From the human T2T-CHM13v2.0 reference genome, Homo sapiens, in assembly GCF_009914755.1 (NCBI RefSeq), contig NC_060925.1: DNA of 64,000 nt; one strand, written 5' to 3'. Within the stretch, counting starts at the first letter, position 1; each line of letters opens with the position of its first letter. Made by a program: the position numbers and the translations under genes. The notes under the pieces were generated by a model. That model ran no database searches, was not told the origin of the DNA, and saw nothing but the letters and a program-made list of their open reading frames with translations. Positions 54,756 through 64,000 of the stretch are shown in pieces.

Positions 54756-56146
54756 CAACTAATCAATAAATCACCAACATTAATAGAATAAAGCAGAAAA
54801 CTCATATAATCATTTCAGTGGATGAAGAAAAAAATTGAATAAAATTCAATATCCACAAATGTAAAAAAGTTCTTGGTAAACTAAGAATAGAATAGAATTT
54901 ACTTAATCTAATGTATACATTATATATTGTAAAACTATTGACCATATGACTTCAATGACTTCCAAAGAATCTAGTCTTCTTTAATAAAAGTGCTGATGGA
55001 CCAGAACAGTTTCTGGGAAATTATAGATCATCAGGGATTACCAGCTAAGAGTTTTTAAACAGGTTAACAATTGTCCAAGTTGGTTATTACTCTGCCAGAA
55101 TTAGTCTGCACTTTCATCATTTTCAGATTACAGTTTTTTACCTACAAAATTTTTTGAATCACATTAAGGAAGTTGCCTCTCTTGCTCTTTTTTTAGTAAA
55201 AATATTTTACAGGACATATTCCATTTACTTTGAACATTTATGTGTTATAATTATACTTAAGCTATTAAGAATGGCATAAAGGCAAACTTTTTCATAATTG
55301 ATTAAAACACAAAACAAAACCACTGGCCCTCAAAAAGAAAATGTAACTCAAAGTATGGGCGGGAAAGAAGAGACATATGGTGACCTCATGAGTGGGTTAA
55401 GTTCAGAATAGATAAATGACTTAAAGGTTTACAGTTTCTATTTTGAGAGACATACAATACACTTCAAAAAACCTATTGCTTAAAGAAATATTAAGAACAA
55501 GAAAGGAGCTATATAAAAGAATTGTTCTTAGAAACCTGGAAGCGATGTTCTACCAGTATTCTTTTAATTATAATTAGATAATGAACAATTATAATAAGGA
55601 AAACTGCTACAATACCCACTTAGGCTGATCTTTCCCTTTAACTTCACAGCAGGATATAGGACTTACATTTTTTCAATTCCCTTGAAACCAAACCTAAGTG
55701 TGAAGTGAGCCATTCTCTGGAAGTATGGGCATATATATATATTTTTCACTTAGTAAGTTACCAAACTTGACATGCAATAAGGAAAGAATGTTTTTGAGTG
55801 TAGAAGAAGTCTTGTAAAAATCCACCATCTGAGGTGGTTTGAAAGATGTGGTCTAATGTAGAAGATAAATTAGTGAAAAACAAAGGATAATTCCTATACT
55901 GCATGCAGGTTGGCTGGAGACACCCAGAGATGGCCACATGAGAAGAAAGGTGACACATAAGGAAATTAGTGTTGAACAATTTGGAAATAACTGTCAAACC
56001 CTGGTTGAATATTTGCATGTAGGAAGATATTTCTTTTGCTGTTTGCCCTGTGTGAATGAGTTAATACCAGTAGACAGGATTGAACAAAGTGGACTTATTA
56101 GAATAATTGTTCTAACTCTCAGTCTCTGCTGAAGACAAAAATAATG

Positions 56147-56456
<310 letters not shown>

Positions 56457-57144
56457 CTATTTGCACTGCAATATGGCCTGACTTTAAGTATAAGATGTGT
56501 CTATTTTATGCACTACTATATATTCCAAGAACCTAATACAGTGCCTGGCACATTGTGCTCAGTAACTACAGTTAACCCTTGAACAACATGGGTTTGAAAG
56601 GCATGGGTCCACTTATACATGGATTTTTAAAAATAAATATATTAGAAAATGTTCTGGAGATTTGCAACAATTTGAAAAAGAATTTGCAAACTGTGTAGCC
56701 TAGAAGTGTTGAAAAAATTAAGATATATGTAGATACTAGTGTGTTTTATCATTCACTATCATAAAGTGTACATAAATCTATTATAAAAAGCTAAAATGTA
56801 TCGAAACACACACACACACAAACACAGGTAGACTGTACATGGTGCCATTTGCAGTGGAGAGAAATGTAAATGAACATAAAGACAGTATTAAATCATAACT
56901 ACATAAAATTAACTCTAGTACATACTGTACAACTGTAATAATTTTGTAGCCACCTCCTGTTGCTATTGTGGTGAGCTCAAGTGTTTGGAGTATCTGCTTA
57001 AAATGCCCTATGATGCTACTAATCACCTCCACATTAGTACTTTCTCTCTATAGTAAATTGCTTATTGCAGTAAAAAGTAACCTCTTGTGGTTCTCACTTG
57101 GTTTTCATTGTGTTTAACACCACACCCAGAACCTTGAATAACAC

Positions 57145-58810
57145 CAGGGTACCCATAAGAAGCACCGCTAGTGGTGCTGGAAGTGCTCCCAACAAGCAGA
57201 GAAAAGTCATGACATTACACGAAAAATTTGAATGGCTTAAAATGTAACATAAACTGAGATCTGCAGCTGCAGTTGACTGCCATTTCAAAATAAATAAATC
57301 CAAGTGTAAGAACCATTGTGAAAAAAATAAAAGGAAATTCCTGAAGGAGTCACTGCAGATATGCCAGCAGGCACAATATTCTTCTGCTTTTTGCAAAATA
57401 TCTTTTTATCTTGTATTGAAAAATGCAGCTTTTATGTGTGTGCAGGATTGCTATATGGACAGCATACCTGCAGACTTTAATATGATTAGAGAAAAAGTGA
57501 AGTCATTATACAGCAACTGAAAGCAAAAGGAGGGTGAAAGATCTAAAGCTGGAGTATTTAATGCTAGCAAAGGATGGTTTGATAATTTTAGAAAGAGGTT
57601 TGGCTTCAAAAATGTCAAGGTAACAGAAGAATCAGCTTTTGCCAACCAAAAGGCAACAGACAAGTTCCTAGATGTCGTTAAGAAAATCATTGAGGAGAAA
57701 GGATATCTGTCTGAATGGGGTTTTAACGCAGATGAAAGTCCCCTATTCTGGGGGGAAATAAAAGCCATAAAGGACATTTATTACTAAGGAAGAGAAAGAA
57801 GCACCAGATTTAAGGCAGGAAGGGATAGTCTAACTCTACTATTTTGTACAAGTACATGCAGGCTTATGATCAGGAATACCCTTATCTATAAAGTTGCTAG
57901 CCTGGGAGCCTTGAGGAAAAAAGTAAATAAATACCAGCTGCCAATCTTTTGGTTGTACAACGAGGAGGCCTGGACAATGGGAATCATTTTTCTGGGTTGG
58001 TTCTATTGATGCTTTGTCCCTGAAGTCAGGAAGTACCTTGCCAATAAAGGACTACCTTTTAAAGTTCTTTTGAAATTAGACAATGCCCCTGGGCCTCCAG
58101 GACTTCATGAGTTTGACACCAAAGGTGTCGAAGTGGTCTACTTGCCCCCAAACATAACATCTTTAATCCAGCCTCTAGATCAGGAGATCATAAGGACCTT
58201 TAAGGCTCATCACACATGGTACTCTATGGAAAGGATCTCCAATGTCACGAAAGAGAACCGTGTTAGAGAGAACATCTTGACTGTCTGGCAGGATTACATT
58301 ATTGCAGATGCCATTGTTGTTACAGAAAAAGCTGTGAAAGCCATTAAGCTCAAAATAATAAGTCCCTGCTTGAGAAAACTGTCCAGATGTTGTGCATGAC
58401 TTCACAGGATTTATGACAGAATCAATCAAGAAAGTCATGAAAGAGATTCTGGATATGGCAAAAATGGTATGGTGTGGCGAGGGTTTCAAGATTTGGATCT
58501 TGGAGAAATTTAAGAGTTAACAGACACTACACTAGAGGAATTAATAGGAGGTAACTTAATGGAGATGAGTGCTTCTGCACCCGTGCCAGACAATGAGCAA
58601 GAAGACAGAAGAAGCAGTGCTAGAACACAAATTAGACAACCTGGCAGAAGGGTTCTGATTATTTGAGACTGCTTTTGACTTCTTTTATAATAATGGACAC
58701 TGCTATGATATGGGCACTGAAACTAAAGCAAATGGTGGAAGAAGGATTGGTACTGTATAGAAACATTTTTAAAGAAGTGAAAAGCAAAGTGTTAGAGAGA
58801 AATTAATATG
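57145..58810 (+). pseudogene. Tigger2 pogo/CENP-B-like DDE transposase, disrupted
   Basis: ORF 58070-58399 has LDNAPG and LPPNITSLIQPLDQ DDE_1 motifs. Upstream KQRKVMTL and FNASKGWFDNFRKRFG HTH-like peptides. Multiple stops and frameshifts; boundaries approximate. Confidence 0.88.
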
Positions 58811-59184
58811 CTCTTTCTCAAAGTTACACAAGTGTGCCTGCCACTCCTGCCTCCCGTTCCACCTCTTTCACTTCTTCGGACTTTGCTACCCTTGAGACAG
58901 CAAGACCAGTCCCTTCTATTCCTCCTCCTCAGCCTGCTTGATGTGAAGATGACAAGAATGAAGGTCTTTACAATGATCCACTTCCACTTAATGAATAGTA
59001 AATATATTTTCTTTTCTGTATGATTTTCTTAATAACATTTTCTTTCCTCTAGCTTACTTTATCATAAGAATACAGTATATAATATGTATTAATTGACTGT
59101 TCATGTTTTTGGTAAGGCTTCTGGTCAACAGTAGTCTATTAGTAGTTAAGCTTTTGGAAAGTCAAAAGTTGTATGTGGATTTTT

Positions 59185-59470
59185 GGCTGGGCTCAGTGGC
59201 TCACGCCTGTAAGCCCAGCACTTTGGGAGGCCAAGGCGGGCGGATCACGAGGTCAAGAGATCGAGACCATCCTGGACAACATGGTGAAACCCCATCTCTA
59301 CTAAAAATACAAAAAATTAGCTGCACGTGCTGGCGCGCCTGTAGTCCCAGCTACTCGGGAGGCTGAGGCAGGAGGCTCTGCTTGAACCCGGGAGGCAGAA
59401 GTTGCAGTGAGCCGAGATCGTGCCACTGCACTCCAGCCTGGAGACAGAGCGAGACTCCGTCTCAAAAAAA
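59185..59470 (+). mobile_element. AluSc-like inside Tigger2
   Basis: TSD AAAAGTT[G/A]TATGTGGATTTTT 59164-59184 / 59471-59491. Confidence 0.96.
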
Positions 59471-60799
59471 AAAAGTTATATGTGGATTTTTGTCTGCACA
59501 GCAGTCAGAGCCATTAACTCTTGCCTTGTTCACAGGTCGACTATACTTTGAATAAATTATACCTGAGTTTTGCAAATAGTTGAATCAGTCTTTTCTTGAT
59601 ACTTGTATCAATCTAAAACAAAGCCATCTAGAAAACTATCTGTCTTTTTTTCTTGATGACCTTTTATCAATTTATATGTGTCACACATATATTATATACA
59701 GGGAGAAAGAGAGAGAGAAAATACATGTATGTATTTACTGATACACATAATTTGTGAATACTTTTTACAATCGTTTCTAGGAAAGTCATTCACTGTGTGT
59801 CCTGTGTCCCTTCCCTGTGTCCTCAAAACAGGGCTAAGTAAGGACAATGGGGTCATGATACTTTATTGCCCACTATGTCCCCATTAGATTAAAGAAAATT
59901 AAGAAAGTACTTCAATCTTTGAACTTATGTGACATGACCAGAGTGACCTTGTGTTCTCAAAAGTACTCAACACATTTGAGAAAACCTCCATCTTTTTTTA
60001 CTTCACAGGGTAAAATTGTACATTGTTTTTAACAAGTGCCAAAAATGCTGATTTCCCAAAGGGCTTAGAATTTTTCTGAAGGGAGAAGGAAAATCGTGTG
60101 TTAAAAAAAATTACATATTTCCCATTCATTCTTATAACAGTAGGAAAATACAGGAAAAATAGTGTCAATTTAGTAATCATATGGAAATCCATATTTATTT
60201 ACACCATAATGAGTGTAAAGGAGACATTATATTCTGCGGGATAAAATTCACTTTCAACATATTGTTTCAAACAAGGATAATATACTAACTGTCTTGAAAG
60301 TTTTATTATTTTCTTTCTTAGAGGTCAAAGACACCAAGGTCTTGAAAAATGTTATCAAAGCATATGAGATGTAAATAATCATGTAGGGACTTGCTGCTCA
60401 CCAGTGAAAAGCAAGTTAACATATCTACAATGTGTTTTCTGGGTTATATTTAAAGGGAATTTAGACATAAGTTAGACATAATTTTTGTGCTCAAGGAACG
60501 TAGAATCTGCTAGAGAGAATATGAGGAAGAAACACGTGAGAAATTATTGAACAATATAATTTATCTGTCTGAGATGTTGCAGTCTGGCAACTTGTCAGAA
60601 GTCAAGAAAGGCAATTCCTATCTTTGTCTTTTGCATACTGTTTTTTTCTTATTACGCAGGGCATTTAGGCCACTATGAGGATGACTTCCCTTGAGTTTTG
60701 TGACTTTTTAGTTTATCTGTTTTGTTTCTTTGTGTAGCTAATTCTAGTCTAGTTGGGTCCAACTGTGGCAACATCTCTTGAGTGGAGCTACACCAGCAT

Positions 60800-61112
60800 T
60801 TACTGCCATGCCTTTTCCCATTGATTCTCTTCACAGTGTCTGCAATGAGCCTTTTAATTATATCTGTTTCATGCCAAGGAGTCTTTGTACATTCTTTTTG
60901 CTCTGCCTGGATCTCTTTTCCCACTCTCTTTGCTTGAATAATTACTATTCACTTTTTAGTTCTCGACTTAGATATAATTTCCTCCATTTGGCATGAATCC
61001 ATGACATTCTCTAATAGCCCCTTGTTCTCAAGAGTTTTACGTTTCAACACGTATTTCACTTAGCTATTTGAGCATCAGTTTAACTAGACTGTAATCTCCC
61101 TGAAGGCAGTGA
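60800..61112 (+). mobile_element. L2 3' fragment
   Basis: CTCTGCCTGGAT...ACTAGACTGTAATCTCCCTGAAGGCAG. Confidence 0.6.
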
Positions 61113-61221
61113 ATAGGCAAAACTAAATCTATTATTACCATATGATTCAGCAATCATGCTCTTTGGTGTTTACCCGAAGGAGTTGATGAGTTATGTTTTA
61201 CACAGAAAAATCTGCTCATGG

Positions 61222-61540
61222 GGTCAGGTGCAGTGGCTCATGCTTATCTCAGCACTTTGGGAGGCCAAGGCAGGAGGATTACTTCATGTGAGGAGTTTGA
61301 GGTCAGTCTGGGCAAGATAGTGAGACCCCATCTCTACAAACAAACAAACAAACAAACCAAAAAAAAAAAAAAGCTGGACATGGTGGCACATGCCTGTAGG
61401 CCTGGCTACTTCAGAAGCTGAGGCAAGAGGGTTACTTGAACCCAGGAATTTAAGGTTTCAGTAAGCTATGGTTGCACAGCTGCTTTCCAGCCTAGGTAAC
61501 AGAGCAAGACCCTGTCTCTAAAAAATAAACAACATAAAAA
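61222..61540 (+). mobile_element. AluJ
   Basis: GGGCAAGATAGTGAGACCCC and GTAAGCTATG J-type diagnostics; expanded middle A-tract. Confidence 0.9.
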
Positions 61541-61632
61541 ACTTCTTGTGGATGTATGGGTGTTTATAACAGCTTTATTAACAATTGCCCAAACATGGGA
61601 GCAACCAAGAAACCAAGATATCCTTTAGCAGG

Positions 61633-62001
61633 GGTATTAGTCCATTTTCACGATGCTGATAAAAACATACCCGAGATTGGGCAATTTACAAAGGAAGGAG
61701 GTTTAATGGAGAACTCACCATTCCATGTGGCTGGAGAAGCCTCACAATCATGGTGGAAGGCAAGGAGGAGCAAGTCACATCTTACATGGATGGCAGAAGG
61801 CAAAGAGAGACCTAGTGCAAGGAGATTCCCGTTTTTTAAACCATCAGATCTTATGAGACCTATTCACTATCAGGAGAACAGCACAGGAAATACTCACCCC
61901 CATGATTAAATCACCTCCCATCGAGTCCCTCCCATAACACCTGGGAATTATGGGAGCTACAAGATGAGATTTGGATGGGGACACAGAGCCAAACCATATC
62001 A
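61633..62001 (-). mobile_element. THE1A/B solo LTR
   Basis: GTATTAGTCC...GCCAAACCATATCA; TSD GCAGG/GCAGA. Confidence 0.93.
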
Positions 62002-62166
62002 GCAGATGAATGGATAAATAAACTACAGTACACCAAAATAATGCAGTATTAATAGACATTAAAAGGAATGAGCTATCAAGCCATGAAAAGATATGGAGAA
62101 AACTTAAAGACATATTAAGTGAATGAAGCTAATCTGAAAACACTGCCTACTGTAGGATTCTAACTG

Positions 62167-62630
62167 CAGTTGATCCTTGAGCAACCCAGGGGTTGGGGGC
62201 TCCAACACCCTTCCCAGTTGAAGATCTGCATATAACTTTTGACTCCCCCCAAAACTTAACCACTAATAGCCCACTGTTGACTGGAAGCCTTGCTGATAAC
62301 ATAAACAGTAGATTAACACATATTGTATGTGTTATAGATTGTATTCTTACAATAAAGTAAGCTAGAGGAAAGAACATGTTATTAAGAAAATCATGAAGAG
62401 GAGAAAATATATTTACTATTCATTAAGTGGAAGTGAATCATCATAAAGGTCTTCAACCTCATCATCTTCATGTTGAGAAGGCTGAGGAGAAGGAGGAAGA
62501 GGAGGGATTGATTTTATTGTCTCAGAGGTGGCAGAAGTGGAAGAGGTGCAGGAGATGGAAGAGGAGGAGGCAAAAGAGGCAGGCACACCTGGTGTAACTT
62601 TATTGAAAAATATTCATATATAAGTGGACT
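62167..62630 (-). mobile_element. Tigger2a (MER28)-like non-autonomous element, one TIR lost
   Basis: CAGTTGATCCTTGAGCAAC TIR; reverse complement of Tigger2 3' region (58820-59543). Confidence 0.85.
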
Positions 62631-62683
62631 TATATATATATTCTATTTTATAATTATATGTATTTATATGCAAATATAAAAGG

Positions 62684-63106
<423 letters not shown>

Positions 63107-63490
63107 CATGGGATATTGTTCAGCCTTAAAGACAAAGGAAATTGTGAAACATGCTACAACATGGATGAATCTTGAAGACACTATGTTAAGTGCAACAAGC
63201 CAGTCACCAAAAGGTAAATGCTGTAAGAGTCTATTTATTTGAAGTATCTACAGTAATCAAATTCATAGGGACAGAAAGTATTAATATAATTGTTGCTGCT
63301 GGGGACTGGAGTGGGAGAAATGGGGATTTGTTGTTTAATGGGCATAGAGTTTCAGTTTTGCAGCATAAAAATGTTCTGGAGATAGGTTGCACAGAAATAC
63401 TTAACTGTATACTTAAGATGTACACTTAAGCTGTATACTTAAGATGGTAAATTTTATGTTTTGTATATTTTCCCACAAAATAAAACAGAT
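63107..63490 (+). mobile_element. L1MB 3' end
   Basis: CATGCTACAACATGGATGAATCTTGAAGACA...TTTAATGGGCATAGAGTTTCAGTTTTG. Confidence 0.85.
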
Positions 63491-63527
63491 TTTAAATAAT
63501 GTATTCAATGACATATTAAAAGAAGTA

Positions 63528-64000
<473 letters not shown>

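Larger units (their letters stand above)
52360..54910 (+). mobile_element. Old L1M (ORF1 end to ORF2 endonuclease/RT region), degenerate
   Basis: ORF2 EN start (ATCAGTAATTACATTTAATGTCAAT...CCCAACTATGTGTTGCTTACATGAGATACA) and GCAAAAATCCTGAACAAAATATT. No intact ORF. Confidence 0.88.
56569..59543 (+). mobile_element. Tigger2 DNA transposon, near full length (pogo-like), with Alu insert
   Basis: TIRs CAGTTAACCCTTGAACAA / TTGTTCACAGGTCGACTA, TA dinucleotide on both sides, internal transposase remnants. About 2.67 kb after removing the Alu. Confidence 0.92.
61118..62166 (+). mobile_element. L1MB 3' fragment hosting AluJ and THE1
   Basis: ACCATATGATTCAGCAATC...GAATGAGCTATCAAGCCATGAAAAGA. Confidence 0.85.

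Noticed and set aside
55011-55019. Perfect STAT/GAS motif TTCTGGGAA near the MER41 fragment
   Set aside because: Isolated 9-mer outside the MER41-derived segment; similar motifs are expected by chance in 64 kb.
58070-58399. DDE-motif ORF as a domesticated TIGD-like gene
   Set aside because: Lies within a TIR-bounded Tigger2 whose remaining frame has many stops and frameshifts; the ORF does not start at a real ATG.

Overview
This is primate (almost certainly human) non-coding genomic DNA, intergenic or deep intronic. I find no credible protein-coding exon, RNA gene or CRISPR array. The longer ORFs I could assign are Alu, LTR, L1 or Tigger read-throughs, and the rest look like chance. Much of the window is interspersed repeat: ~20 Alu/FLAM, an L1PA 3' fragment, old L1M/L2/MIR, MaLR LTRs (THE1, MST, MLT1), ERV1 LTRs and DNA transposons. 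The DNA transposons include a near full-length Tigger2 with a decayed pogo/DDE transposase. Several repeat-free islands with homeodomain/SOX/PBX/E-box motif clusters and local CpG retention look like conserved developmental enhancers (~4.1-4.4, 34.6-34.8, 45.6-46.1, 47.3-47.6 kb). The most unusual observations are: (1) a ~70-bp polyadenylated, TSD-flanked retrocopy of only the R-region of a MER41 LTR (54677-54755); (2) a 123-bp templated duplication replacing the 3' end of a THE1 LTR (26266-26388 = 27727-27849); (3) an L1PA inserted in an Alu tail whose TSD equals the L1 sequence at its own truncation point. Repeat family names come from recalled consensus sequences and need RepeatMasker/Dfam confirmation. 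Boundaries of old repeats are approximate. I could not identify the locus and found no convincing new multi-gene system.
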